From Octopus vulgaris (taxonomy: Eukaryota), in contig OX597814.1 of NCBI GenBank assembly GCA_951406725.2, positions 222,146,001 through 222,210,000 on the forward strand: a DNA stretch of 64,000 bases, read 5' to 3'. Positions within the stretch are counted from its first letter, which is position 1, and each line of letters opens with the position of its first letter. Under the pieces are notes generated by a model. The model worked only from the letters and a program-made list of their open reading frames with translations. It was not told the DNA's origin and ran no database searches. Below are positions 26,944 through 43,847 of the stretch, one piece after another. A program made the position numbers and the translations under genes.

Positions 26944-27289
26944 CGTGCGTTATAGATATGTATGCAAATATATGTATGTATATATACTTATATATCAAGA
27001 TATGTATGTAGACGCATACACAAACATAAATGCACACACATACACAAACACACGCACGCACACACACACACAAACACACACACGCACGCAGATTGTAGCA
27101 TGGAAATTATAACTCATACATAATTGTAGAATTGTTACAAAGGGTTAGTTTGAGTAAACGGTATCATATGCATAAGGGAGTAAAATATTGTGTCTTACAG
27201 CTGTTTCTAGAATAGTTGTGCGTATGGTGCATATTTCAGCGAACAATATGCCTATTACATTACGACATTAGTTTCAAGTTTATCTATAG

Positions 27290-30200
<2,911 letters not shown>

Positions 30201-31201
30201 AAAAGAAGAAAGGTGAAAATACACATCGACTGTAATAAACAAACGTAAGATTTCTTAGCAAAATAACAGTATTCGTTGTCAGGCAACCTTTTAACTTTCA
30301 TTTATCACCGTTGTTTATTTCGAAGAATTTTGTTTTATTTTTACGCCTTATTTTTTAAATTTTTATATTATTTTGTTTTACTTATCTATTCTTGGAATGC
30401 TCTTTGATACTCAGCATATCCAAAGTAAATTGTGACTAAGAAGATTACTGAAATAGTTTCTTTGACACCTTCAATAAACTTCCAAAAATGTCATTTCTTA
30501 ATACTTAGGAAGGGTCTTTTTTTAAATTTTATTTTGATGTTTCTTCTGGAGATTTTTTCTTTTTCCTATTCGTAGTTTACCCGTTCCCCATTAATATTCG
30601 AAGTGTAGTATTCGCTAATTTAATACTCCACATTTATTGTATCACTTACTTAAGAAGTTTCACTCACCAACTCTCAAAATTTCCATCACTTTCAATATCT
30701 CTTGCATAAACTCACTCTCTCTCTCTCTCACTCACTTTCTCTCCCTCTCCCCCTAACTCATATAATCACTCATACGTGTCTCTTTCTTACTGATTCTTAA
30801 ATATATTTTAGTTCTGTTTGTCGGTGACTCATCTAGGCACGTACGCTATCACGAACTATTAGTGTTATTCCACCAGTCAATCTTTCTTTCTCTCTTATTT
30901 CTTGACTCCTTGTTTGTTTCTTTCTTTCTCTCCTCCTTTCTTTGTTTGTTTCTTTCTCTCTTTTTATTTTTTCTTTCTTTTCTCTCCCATTCTGCTATAT
31001 ATAGAAACACTGACTACAGCTCTCCCTTTATTCTCCAGACTAACACGGATTATATTTTCGTTTTAGCATATCACTTCCGGAGGATCCTTGACTCTCATTC
31101 CTTGACGGCTGCAATAGCCAGCAGGCATCAGTTTTCCTTCTCTGGAATAAAATTTCTTTAGGACTTCATTCTTATGATATTTAATCGAGTGGCTGCGTGA
31201 T

Positions 31202-31779
31202 AGGCGCAGGAGTAGCTTGCTTACCAACCACATGGCTCCGGGTTCAGTCCCACTGCGTGGCACCTTGGGCAAGTGTCTTCTACTATAGCCTCGGGTCGAC
31301 CAAAGCCTTGTGAGTGAATTTGGTAGACGGGTACTGAAAGAATCCCGTCGTATATATGTATATACATACATATATATATATATATCTTTTACTCTTTCAC
31401 TTGTTTCAGTCATTTGACTGCGGCCATGCTGGAGCACCGCCTTTAGTTGAGCAACTCGATCCCGGGACTTATTCTTTTGTGAGCCCAGTACTTATTCTAT
31501 CGGTCTCTTTTGCCGAACCGCTAAGTAACGGGGACATAAACACACCAGCATCGGTTGTCAAGCAATGCTAGGGGGACAAACACACATACACATACATATA
31601 TATATATATATATACATATATACGACGGGCTTCTTTCAGTTTCCGTCTACCAAATCCACTCACAGGGCTTTGGTCGGCCCGAGGCTATAGTAGAAGACAC
31701 TTGCCCAAGGTGCCATGCAGTGGGACTAAACCCGGAACCATGTGGTTGGTAAGCAAGCTATTTACCACACAGCCACTCC

Positions 31780-31810
<31 letters not shown>

Positions 31811-31986
31811 GTGTGTGTGTGTGTGTATGTTTATGTGTTTGTCCCCAACATCCCCGTAACTTAGCGGTTCAGCAAAAGTGATCGATAGAATAAGTACTAG
31901 GCTTACAAAGAATAAGTCCTGCGGTCGATTTGCTCGAGACGGTGCTCCAGCATAGCCGCAGTCAAATGACTGAAACAAATAAAAGA
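31202..31986 (+). mobile_element. SINE family A (outer copy), split by an inverted copy of the same family
   Basis: 5' half 31202-31385 and 3' half ~31782-31986 join at the internal (TA)n. Confidence 0.85.
31386..31781 (-). mobile_element. SINE family A (inner, near full length)
   Basis: Reverse complement of 704-1098. Confidence 0.9.
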
Positions 31987-32031
31987 GTATTTCTCTTTGT
32001 TCATATTTCTCTACATGCATATTACCATATA

Positions 32032-32074
<43 letters not shown>

Positions 32075-32309
32075 GGTATATATATATATATGCACACACA
32101 CACACAGACTCATACATGAGAGGTGCGGGATGGAGTCCCATGCGTACAGAAAACCCAATTTTTACCGCCGAGGGCTTATAAGCCCCAATACTTGACTAAT
32201 TTCTTTAGTCAATATGCGATGATCGCTTATGAGTTTTAGATTTAGAAATATTCTTTCTATTTACGGAACTGTCATTCGTAACCGCTTCTCTATTTATCGC
32301 ACAAATGTA

Positions 32310-32440
<131 letters not shown>

Positions 32441-33726
32441 ATCTTCTGTAAAAACAAATCCGAAAAATGAAGCACCCTCTAAGTTATAGAGCAGTATATA
32501 TTAAAGTTAGATAAGGCCGGTTTTGGGGATTACTTTAGGTTTCACATTCATAAGGGGCTTAGCTTTATGGCGTATCATCAGATCTGAAGACCTGTTCGCT
32601 TCTCTAGCGAATTACCTATCTAGATTATGGAGGAGGAAATGACCCTGCCACCCAGTGTCAATAAAGGGGTTGGCTATCAATTGCTGGTGACCCTGCCGCC
32701 CTGTTGATTCCACTAGGCCGTTCAGGAGTTAAGAATGTTCCGTGGGTAGAAGGAGCCCTTATATATATAGCTTTCTTTTCGTTTCCAACGGCCTAACCCA
32801 CTCTATAGTAGAAGACACTTGCCCAAGGTGCCACGCAGTGGAACTGAACTCAAAATCATGTGGCTGGGAAGATGTTATCGTTTCTTTTATATTTTATGTC
32901 TTTCAGTCATTGAGGAAAGGACAAGCTGGGCACCGCCTTTATGGGTTTAGTAGAATAAATCTTAACCTGGACACATTTTTAGAATTTAAGGCTTAACGCT
33001 TAATCTAAGATAAGTTAGAAATACTTCGGCTAAAGATTAGCTTAACTTAATAGTACCACCTGATATAATCTGTGAAGTCATTTTTAAGTCAGGTTTTGTG
33101 GTATCATGGCCCATTCAATTAGGTAGTTATTATCGACTGTGACGTATCCTGGTACATGTAGCTAAATGATATCCCTTGAAATAACTTTGTCCAAGTTTCG
33201 CTTGAAAATGATGAGGTATTTTTCTTTTTTGATTTGTTTTGGGATAATGTTAAATTGAGCAGGGCCCGTTGAGGAAAAGAAATTGTGTTGCAATGATTTT
33301 AATGTGTTATGGGCCTGAATTGTGCAGGTGGCTTAGGGCCCGTAGCCCCAGGCTTGGATAAATTCTGAATCTGATGTTAACATTGTTTGGTCAACGCTGG
33401 TAGTATATTCCCCACACTACGCACTGACGGCGGCACAGGAGATGATAAAGTTTCAATGTTTTAAAGCGGTCCCAACAATCAAGGTCACTTACGTCTTTTA
33501 TGTTTTCGGCGTCAGTTCTGTGGGGCGGCATAATTCTCGTAACGTTTTATTTGCTATGGAGAGACTAAAGGGGGCAGCAGTTTTCTAGGTGTGGCCGTAC
33601 AAAGAAGAAAAGGAAATTGACTGCAGCGGCCTTTCATGTGTGCATGTGTGTGTGTGTGTGTGTGTGATGCAAAACATAATATTTGTATATATAAACTTGC
33701 ATGGAAATGGACGCGTGGCGTTCAAT

Positions 33727-33775
<49 letters not shown>

Positions 33776-33778
<3 letters not shown>

Positions 33779-33919
33779 CGCAGGAGTGGGTGTGTGGTAA
33801 GTAGCTTCTTTACCAACCACATGGTTCCAGGTTCCGAGTTCAGTGTCTTCTACTATGGCCTCGGGCCGACCAAAGCCTTGTGAGTGGATTTGGTAGACGG
33901 AAACTGAAAGAAGCCCGTC

Positions 33920-33970
<51 letters not shown>

Positions 33971-34178
33971 TGTGTGTTTGTGTGTCTGTATTTGTCCTCC
34001 TAGCATTGCTTGGCAACCGATGCTGGGGTGTTTATGTCCCCGTCACTTAGCGGTTCGGCAAAAGAGACCGATAGAATAAGTACTGGGCTTACAAAGAATA
34101 AGTCCTGGGGTCGAGTTGCTCGATTAAAGGCGGTGCTCCAGCATGGCCGCAGTCAAATGACTGCAACAAGTAAAACAA
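33776..34178 (+). mobile_element. SINE family A
   Basis: AGGCGCAGGAGTGG...GCATGGCCGCAGTCAAATGACTG; small deletion after the B box. Confidence 0.9.
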
Positions 34179-34686
34179 AAATATATCATTGCCTTCCTTA
34201 AAAAAAACTTAAGCATTTAAGAGATCAAGTTCAGTTGATTTTAAATATTTAATGTATAATCAAAAATAGTTGAAGGCAATACACCTTAACCAGACAAATC
34301 ACACCTGTAACTTGCTTCGCTCATATCCTTCACTTATATTTCATTCTTTAGCTTTTAACTTTATCTTTTAAGTAGTCTTCACATTTTATTGTAATAGAAA
34401 CTATTTTTGTCTTTCTACTAAATTTGTTCCACCTGCATAGCATAATGTAGTAAGCAGCAGTGTTATTTTACGCTCTATTCCTTAAGTTCTAAATATATTT
34501 AATGCAAAGTAAGTACTGGGGTCGACTCTTTCCGTTAAAATTCTACAAGGTGTTTTCCCCGGCATGGCTGCATTCTAATGACTGAAACGAGTAACACAGA
34601 ACATATATACACCCAAAACACACACACTCACGCATACACACACGCATATATATTTATATACATGGGTGTATTATTATTATTATTAT

Positions 34687-34728
<42 letters not shown>

Positions 34729-35584
34729 TGGTAGTGGTAGTGGTGGTTAGTAGCTGTAGTAGTAGTGGTGATGGTGGTGGTGGTAGTAGTAGTTGTAGTA
34801 GTGGTGGTGGTGGCGGTAATAGAAGTAGTAGTAGTAGAAGTAGAAAGTCCTTTGTAGAGTAGTGTATACTTGAAAAACGAACTCGAAAACTATTTTTCTT
34901 ATAGCTATTTTCTTCTCTAACGATTAAAAGTTTCTAGATCGCAAATATTTTTAGTCAAAACAAAAAAAAAATCATGTTGTAGGTCGTATGTCGCGTACAG
35001 CACTGCGGCAGCAACAACGAAATGAATAACAAAATCATCTGCTTAGATCTGACCGTTGTGACCTTATATCTGCCAATCCTATCATTGCAAGCAATGCACA
35101 TTCTCTGGTAACCGATCCCTATTTACCCATCAAAATTCTTTGTCTCGCTTCCACCGTCATCATCATCATCATCAGCAGCAGCAGCATTATCATGATCGCC
35201 ATCATCTACTGCTCCTACTGTTGTGACTGCTAATATCTCCACCACCAAGATTAAAATCTATGCTGCCTTGACCCAACGCCACGTCTCCATTACCTCCAAT
35301 CATCAGTCTACCTGCTCTCAGGCAACGTTTCCACACACAAAAAAAAAAAAAATCAGTCATCTTAGGAAGGGTAATATTTATTCCCACTTAATCGTAGATA
35401 TTCTGTTGGAACAAACTGAACTGTTCTGGATACCATGAGAGGGATTCTTGAATTGGCATTTGGTGCACCCTTGTTTATATTGCTAGTATATATGTCTTCA
35501 TAGAAAAAGGTCCGCCTTACATAGAATAGAATTGATATCATTCTTATTCGGTGTAAGTCGAACTTTTTCTATGATAATATTCTT

Positions 35585-35983
35585 TTATTCTTTTATTCTT
35601 TTTCTTTTACTTGTTTCAGTCATTTGACTGCTGCCATGCTGGAGCACCGCCTTTAGTCGAGCAAATCGACCCCGGGACTTATTCTTTTGTAAGCCCAGTA
35701 CTTATTCTATCGATCTCTTTTTGCCGAACCGCTAAGTAACGGGGACGTAAACACACCAGCATCGGTTGTCAAGCAATGCTAGGGGGACAAACACAGACAT
35801 ACACATACATATATATATATATACATATATACGACAGGCTTCTTTCAGTTTCCGTCTACCAAATCTTCTCACAAGGCATTGGTCGGCCCGAGGCTATAGC
35901 AGAAGACACTTGCCCAAGGTGCCACGCAGTGGGACTGAACCCGGAACCATGTGGTTGGTAAGCAAGCTACTTACCACACAGCC
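35585..35983 (-). mobile_element. SINE family A
   Basis: Reverse complement of 704-1098. Confidence 0.9.
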
Positions 35984-36119
35984 TTAATTTTCCTTGTATA
36001 TCGACCTGCCTAACTTGCTTATCCTCACACTTACTCCTCTACTCGCTCAAGTAGAGGAGTAAACCTCCTGAGCATTACTAAGTGTATTCTATACTGAAAA
36101 CATTCAATTCTCATCTATG

Positions 36120-36396
<277 letters not shown>

Positions 36397-37239
36397 GTAG
36401 GATGTGCGAGTTTGTGTGTTGATGGCCGATTCCGATGAGCTGTCGAATTTGAAATAAAAAAAATGTAGAAAACGCTCATCACGTTTGAGACGAGGAGGTA
36501 GCTTCTTGCGAGCAAATTCTCCCAAAATTCTTACATACAAGATATATGTGTTACAGAACTTATTTTATTGTTCCTAACTTGCCCATCCTGTCATCAATCA
36601 TCAACTAACTGCACTGTTTGTGTTTTGGCCTTCTTTAATTTTCTTCTAATGATGGTATACGTAAAATTTGCTGTCATATTTTTCTTCTTCAGAGCTTTTT
36701 ACAACATCCATATGCAGTATTTTGAGAAAATATGACTAAAGCAGTTGCAACGTTCCTTTCATTCTACTCTATGAAATAAACGTACAATCTCTTATTTTAA
36801 CATCCAGTCTCTATTTCTTTTCATATCTATTTTCCATATTTCAATTCTTCCTCTTTTATTCTTCCATTTTTATTTATTTATTTAGGAAATTTATTTACCC
36901 CTTTCTTCTCATTTTCCGTTTTCTTTTCCTTCAGCTAAATTTTTATTTTATTGATAATTCCATTAATAAATCTAAGCCATACCACAACACCACAACATTA
37001 TACTATATGATAACTCTACGAAAACCACACCAAGATAATATACTAGAAGCGCTCATTTTCTCTTCTTAGAACGGCAAATATTTTGTATTTATCCCGTTTC
37101 TTTTTGGGAAGTCGGATTATTTTCGCTTCATTCATAGCTTTTGACTTCTTGTAATCCCCTCGTTTTCTTCTAGAACTATTAATGTAATATTTCCTTTTCA
37201 CACACTCTTCTATATACATATTTACGTGTGTGTGTATGG

Positions 37240-37270
<31 letters not shown>

Positions 37271-37358
37271 CGTCTCAATATATATATTTCTTTTATGTCG
37301 GTACAGACACAGACACACAATACATAATCATACACATGCATGTACATATATATATCTA

Positions 37359-37403
<45 letters not shown>

Positions 37404-38881
37404 ATACATGACTCAACTCAACGACCTCCAATAGTTATATTGGCAAAAATTCTTTGTATCTATTGTTTTTGTTATCTTCCTCTTCTTTCATGGCTGCCAG
37501 TATGAGGTATAGTACAGAGGATTTATGCATAAAAACTTACATCAAAGAAGAACTTTAGCTGATCTTTGTCTCTTTCTCTCTCTCTCTGTACGTCTCCGCA
37601 GTTTACCTGTTTATATATCACATTGATTTGTCTTTCTTTCATTTTATTAGACACACGCACAACACACACACACATGCATGCTCACTCACACAGGCAAACA
37701 CACACAGAGCACACCAAGTTCCCACCCATATCTACACTCAACCAATCTAGTATTTTCGCGATTCTTTTTTCATTTTTTATCTTAAGGCCTATTCCACGAG
37801 GAGGAAGAATTATTGTTACCAGTCGATATTGATTCTGCAGTAACAACAGTAAAAATACAAAGACTGTAGATATGAACTAAAACGTAGGAGCTTACACGGT
37901 AAATACTATAATCAGTGTATCGCTCGTCTTTGTGGTTTTCTTGTAATATATATATATATATATCCATAAGGGGAAAAAACCCCTTTAGGCTGCGATTTCA
38001 GAAATAAATGCTAGTTAGAGGAGACGAACGAAATGTTTGCATTTGGTAATAACTCATAAAATCGTACCAATTCAATAATTTTTACTTTGGGCATTTCCGA
38101 GCGTGCTCGTGCATTTATACATTCACACAGAAACGCATGTAGTCCCTCTTAAGAATGCAACGATTCAAACTATTCCCGACTAACAAAGGATTATATGAAA
38201 ATTTCCTGGTTTTGTGAATTTATTCCATATATTCCCCTCTCGGATTCACATAGTTATTGTAGAGGTCCGACATTTTTTTCTAAGCCTTGTAAAAGAACCC
38301 GGAAGTTTGGGCTTCCAACCAGGCCTTTCGCGATACTCTTAAAACCAGGAACTTTTCAGCACTCCCTCGTATTTATTTTATGTCTTGCGTTTTCTAGGAC
38401 AAGTTTGTAAAATTTCATGTTCTTTGTGTATATTTATCCATATGTGTGTGTATGTGTATGAGTCTATATATGTATACGTACATACACAAATATGTGTGTG
38501 TGTGTTAGTGTGTGTGTGTGTTAGTGTGTGTGTGTGTTAGTGTGTGTGTGTGTTAGTGTGTGTGTGTGTTAGTGTGTGTGTGTGTGTGTGTGTGTATGAG
38601 TGCGTATGGCTTAGTGGTTAGGATGTTACTCTCACGATCTAGCGATCGTCGTTTCAACTGCGTTATGTTCTTGAGCAAAACCTTTCGGCTGCGAATTTCT
38701 CGAAACTTGAAATGCTAGTTGGTGGAGACGAACGAGCTAATGTTTGCATTTGGTAATAACTCATTGATCACTGTAAACAATCCATTTTTGCATTTGGGCA
38801 TTTCGAGCGTATGTTTGTTTGCATGTTATATCTATGTATGTATGCATGAAACGCATGTATGCCTGTATGTATGTATGTATG

Positions 38882-38913
<32 letters not shown>

Positions 38914-39099
38914 ATGTATGTTGTATGTATGTATGTCCATATATGTATGTTCACATAGTATGTAGAGTCCGACATGTATTTTTCTAAGCCTTGTATGAAC
39001 CCGATGTTTGGGCTTGCATGCATGCCTTTCGCGATACTCTTAAAACCAGGAACTTTTGCATGCACTGCATGCATCATGTATGTATTATGTATGTATGTA

Positions 39100-39526
39100 T
39101 GTTTTATATATATATGTATGTAAAATTTATGTATGCTTATGTATGTTTGTATATATGCCATGTATGTATGTATGTATGTATGTATGTATGTATGTGTGTA
39201 TGTTGTATGTATGTATTATGGTATATGTATGTATGTATGTATGTATGTATGGCGATGCGTCGTATGTATGTATGTATGTATGTATGAGCAAAACATGTAT
39301 GTATGTATGTATGCATGCATGCATGCATGTGATGTATGTATGCATGCAGTGAGCTATGTATGCATGCATGTATGTATGTATGTATGTATGTATGTATTTG
39401 CATGTTATGTATGTATGTATGTATGTATGTATGTATGTATGTATGTATGTATGTATGTATGTATGTATGTATGTATGTATGTATGTATGCATGTATGTAT
39501 GTATGTATGTATGTATGTATGTATGC

Positions 39527-39557
<31 letters not shown>

Positions 39558-39825
39558 TTTATGTATGTATGTTTGTATGTATGTATATATTTATGTATGT
39601 ATGTATGTATGTTTGTATGTATTTATGTATGTATGTATGTATGTATGTATGCATGCATGTATGTATGTATGTATGTATGTATGTATGTATGTATGTATGT
39701 ATGTATGTATGTATGTATGTATGTATGTATGTATGTATGTATGTATGTATGTATGTATGTATGTTATGTATGTATGTATTTATGTATGTATGTTATGTAT
39801 GTATGTATGTATGTATGTATGTATG

Positions 39826-39856
<31 letters not shown>

Positions 39857-40200
39857 TTATGTATGTATGTATGTTTGTATATATGTATGTATATATGTAT
39901 GTATGTATGTATGTATGAATGTATGTATGCATGTATGTATGTATGCATGCATGTACGTATGTATGTATGTATGTATTTATGTATGTATGTATGTATGTAT
40001 GTATGTATGCATGCATGCATGTATGTATGTATGTATGTATGTATGTATGTATGCATGCATGTATGTATGTATGTATTTATGTATGTATGTATGTATGTTT
40101 GTATATATGTATGTATGTATTGATGTATGTATGTATGTATGTATGTATGTATGTATGTATGTATGTATGTATGTATGTATGTGTGTGTGCGTATGTGTGA
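39100..40200. repeat. Long (TATG)n array
   Basis: Directly visible; its left part is interleaved with a copy of upstream unique sequence. Confidence 0.95.
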
Positions 40201-40456
40201 GTTAGAATACAGATTCAAAGAATCAACCAGAGCTCACAGTAAGTCCCTTCTGCGCTCGCTTAGGATCTGAATGTTCCTTGAATGTCAATGGAGAAGAGTA
40301 TGTAGAAAGACGTGACCCGATAGGAGGAATGAAGCAAGGGATTAGATATTTATTCCATTAGCTGACAGCTGTTTCATAATCTGTGTTAATTGCATAAGCG
40401 ACGTTACATCATGTATCCTACATATAGATGAATTGACATTTATATATAAATATATA

Positions 40457-40530
<74 letters not shown>

Positions 40531-40907
40531 TATATATATACCCATGAATATATTTGTGCTGTAACATAATGAACAGACTGCACTTCAGAATATTTGACGG
40601 CAGGTTAAAACTCTAGACTTAACTAAAGAAAATGCAAAAAGCTTCATTAGATATTCACAACCAATAAATGAAAGAGAAAGTGAGAAAGTGAGACAGTAGC
40701 TACATAAATCCAAAGAAAAGTTCATACATAGATACATACACACAGCAAATATTGGATGTCAATCTCACATTTCATTACTACACGAGGATAAAATTAACTC
40801 ACAAACGGCTGAATACTCCACAGACATGCATAACATTAACGTAGTTCTCAGGGGGATTCAACCACACACAGGATATGACAAGGATATGAATTACAGCTAC
40901 GGCTCAA

Positions 40908-40938
<31 letters not shown>

Positions 40939-41224
40939 CTGAATGTATTTGTGTGTGTGTATAGTTTAGATTAATTAAAACAGGTTTGCAATAATAAGTG
41001 TCGCATTGATCGAAATAAACGTAATTACCAAATTTTTATTCACAAATCCATTTATTATTTCGTTCTTTTACATCTCAATTTTACCTTAAGGTTCTTTGAA
41101 TATGCACGATGTATTTTAAGGTTAAATAGTAATTCCATTCACGTTTGTGTAACTGAGATATTTGGTTGGATTATATAGTCATTGGTGTTACATTACATTC
41201 TATATTTTGTTACTCTCACAATAT

Positions 41225-41400
41225 ACTTTCCTAGACCTGATTTTTTTGTGGGGAGGGGGCCAGTTGATTAGATGGACCCCAGTACACAACTGATACTTAA
41301 TTTATCGACCCTGAAAGGACGAAAGGCAATGTCGATCTCGGCAGAATTTGAACTCAGAACGTAAAGACAGACGGTAATGATATACAAACATTTCTCATGG
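41225..41400 (-). mobile_element. SINE family B, partial
   Basis: TACTTAATTTATCGACCCTGAAAGGACGAAAGGC...GAATTTGAACTCAGAACG. Confidence 0.75.
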
Positions 41401-41466
41401 CACCAGTACATTGTTTATAGATACTTATATTTTTTGTTTTCCGTGAATTTTCCACGGGTCCAGCCA

Positions 41467-41520
<54 letters not shown>

Positions 41521-41521
<1 letters not shown>

Positions 41522-41800
41522 GGACGCATGGCCTAGTGGTTAGAGTGTTAAATTCATGATCACAAGATCGTGATCCAGTTCCTACACGGGGTGATACTCT
41601 TTACACTTTTACTTGTTTCAGTCATTTGATTGTGGCCATGCTGGAGCATCGCCCTTAGTCGAGCGTATCGACCCCAGAACATTCTTTGGAAACCTAGTAC
41701 TTATTCTATCGGGTCTTTTGCCGAACCACTAAGTTACGAGGACGTAAACACACTAGCATCGGTTGTCAAGCGATGTTGGTGGACAAACACAGACACGCAA

Positions 41801-41885
<85 letters not shown>

Positions 41886-42290
41886 TACGACGAGCTTCTT
41901 TCAGTTTCCGTCTACCAAATCCACTCACAAGGCTTTGGTCGGCCCGAGGCTATAGTAGAAGACATTTGCCCAAGGTGCCACGCTGTGGGACTGAACCTAG
42001 AACCATGTGGTTCGTAAGCAAGCTACTTACCACACAGCCACTCCCACGCCTATTATTGGTGCATTGTTTTCTTGAGCAAAACACTTCATCTCGCGTTGAT
42101 CTGCTATCACTTCGATACCTGACGCGCTGAACGCCGTGCACCTGTTCAGGCAACGTCGATTTAGTGGAGGGAGTGAGCGAATGTACAGAACATACATATG
42201 ATCACTAAAAGCAAATCATTTGTGCAAGTCGTTCTGCAAAAGGCTGAACACTCATACGTCGTCTTCGACGGGAGCGTCCATCATCATTAT
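41521..42290 (+). mobile_element. tRNA-headed SINE (family D) interrupted by a family A SINE
   Basis: Head GCATGGCCTAGTGGTTAGAG at 41526 resumes at ~42057 (TTCTTGAGCAAAACACTTCATC); the same head and TTCTTGAGCAAAAC are contiguous at 38602-38681. Confidence 0.7.
41595..42052 (-). mobile_element. SINE family A (nested)
   Basis: Reverse complement of 704-1098, with a (CA)n/(TA)n core. Confidence 0.9.
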
Positions 42291-42434
42291 AATTATTTGT
42301 ATTACAGCTATCATAATCAGCAATATATAATTGCGCATGCATAGCTACAGCAGTTGATTGAAAGAATCGGTTCTGAGTTGGAGGAAATATTTGTCCTTTG
42401 TTCCGGATCCTTATATGTGAACGCTAGTGTCATG

Positions 42435-42760
42435 GCTCAGTGGATAGAGCGTCGAGCTTACGATCGTGAGGTTGTGAGCTCGAATCCCGGACGGGGCTGC
42501 GTGTTGTGTTCTTGAGCAAGGCACTTTATTTCACGTTGCTCCAGTTCACTCAGCTGTAGAAATGAGTTGCGACGTCACAGGTGCCAAGCTGTATCGGCCC
42601 TTGCCTTTCCCTTGGACAACATCAGTGACGTGGAGAGGGGAGGCCGGTATGCATGGGCGACTGCTGGTCTTCCATAAAACAACCTTGCCCAGACTTGTGC
42701 CTCAGAGTGTATCTCTCTAGGTGCAAACCCATGGTCAGTGCCTGACCGAAGGGGGTCTTC
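42435..42760 (+). mobile_element. CORE-like tRNA-derived SINE with probable 9-bp TSD
   Basis: A-box TGGCTCAGTGG and B-box-like GAGCTCGAATCCC; GTGTTCTTGAGCAAGGCACTTTA...CAGCTGTAGAAATGAG resembles the CORE domain; AGTGTCATG at 42426-42434 and 42761-42769. Confidence 0.75.
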
Positions 42761-43614
42761 AGTGTCATGCGTTATCAGTTCTTGTTTTTATCATGGAAAA
42801 TACTGATGGTGTGAATAGGGGATTTTTTTCAAAATAGCAAATTGCTTGCCTTCTGTGATAAAAAATAAAACTTTGACAAGCTTGCAACCTGGGTAAGAAC
42901 ATTCTAGGTAAAAATACTTTATTTGCCCTGTTCAAGTAAGACCTTAGTGCTTAAGGATTACTGCGTATACTTATTACTGTACTGATGGTTGCAGTTATTA
43001 AAAAAAGGTTACAAGCTTCGGCCAAGAATACAGTTGCGATTATTTGTTAATCTTTTTATCCTACTTAACGCAGATGTATTGTAAGAATGCTGAAATTCAA
43101 CGGTATTCGTCTTGAGAGACGGTCTCGTATAGATGTTTATACTTAGAAAAGCATAGAAAAATCAATAGTCGATAATTGCCCAGCGTCCATGGTAGAACAC
43201 CTTAATCATATGATTTCGCCGTGTCTGTGTTTCCCCAGCTGCAAATATCCATCCCCTATAAACTTATGTTTGCCAAACCTCGCTTCCACTGTTTTGAACA
43301 GATTTTGTAAAACAATTTGTGCTACCTACACATTATTGTTCTAAATGAACCTAAGTTAATACGAAGCAATTTTAGGTTTCAGTAAACAGATTATATTCAG
43401 TACAAGTTTTTCTAAAATTTTCTGCAAAATTCTAACAGAATGACCAAAGGGTAAATTGCACGTATTCTTTTGATGCAGTTGAAATGCACTGAACAATAAT
43501 TTTTATAAAACTTGTAAAATCAAATATAATGTTTCAAAATCCTAACATTGGTCTGTCTCATTGTTTTGCCTAAATTGGTACACAAAGTAATGCCTAGTCT
43601 TTTAAAACTAACTA

Positions 43615-43847
43615 CAGTAATCTCTCGCCATTTCGCAGTTCATCTATCGCGGTTCACCTATCGCGATTTATTATGTAAGCTTACGTCGATTCCTCCGTGA
43701 TGTTTTGCATTTATAATAAAATAAATACATGCGAATGATAAAAATAATTTTTAAATGTATACAGTACTGTTTCTACTACGCGGATTTTTACCTATCACGG
43801 ACGGAGGGTTTTGGAACGCAACACCCGCAATAGTCGAGGGATTACTG
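43615..43847. mobile_element. Tc1/mariner-superfamily MITE (pogo/Tigger-type ends)
   Basis: TA|CAGTAATCTCTCG ... CGAGGGATTACTG|TA: imperfect TIRs with TA duplication; 233 bp, non-coding. Confidence 0.85.

Noticed and set aside
42430-42500. tRNA gene
   Set aside because: The A/B boxes run directly into a SINE body with a probable TSD; there is no complete cloverleaf.
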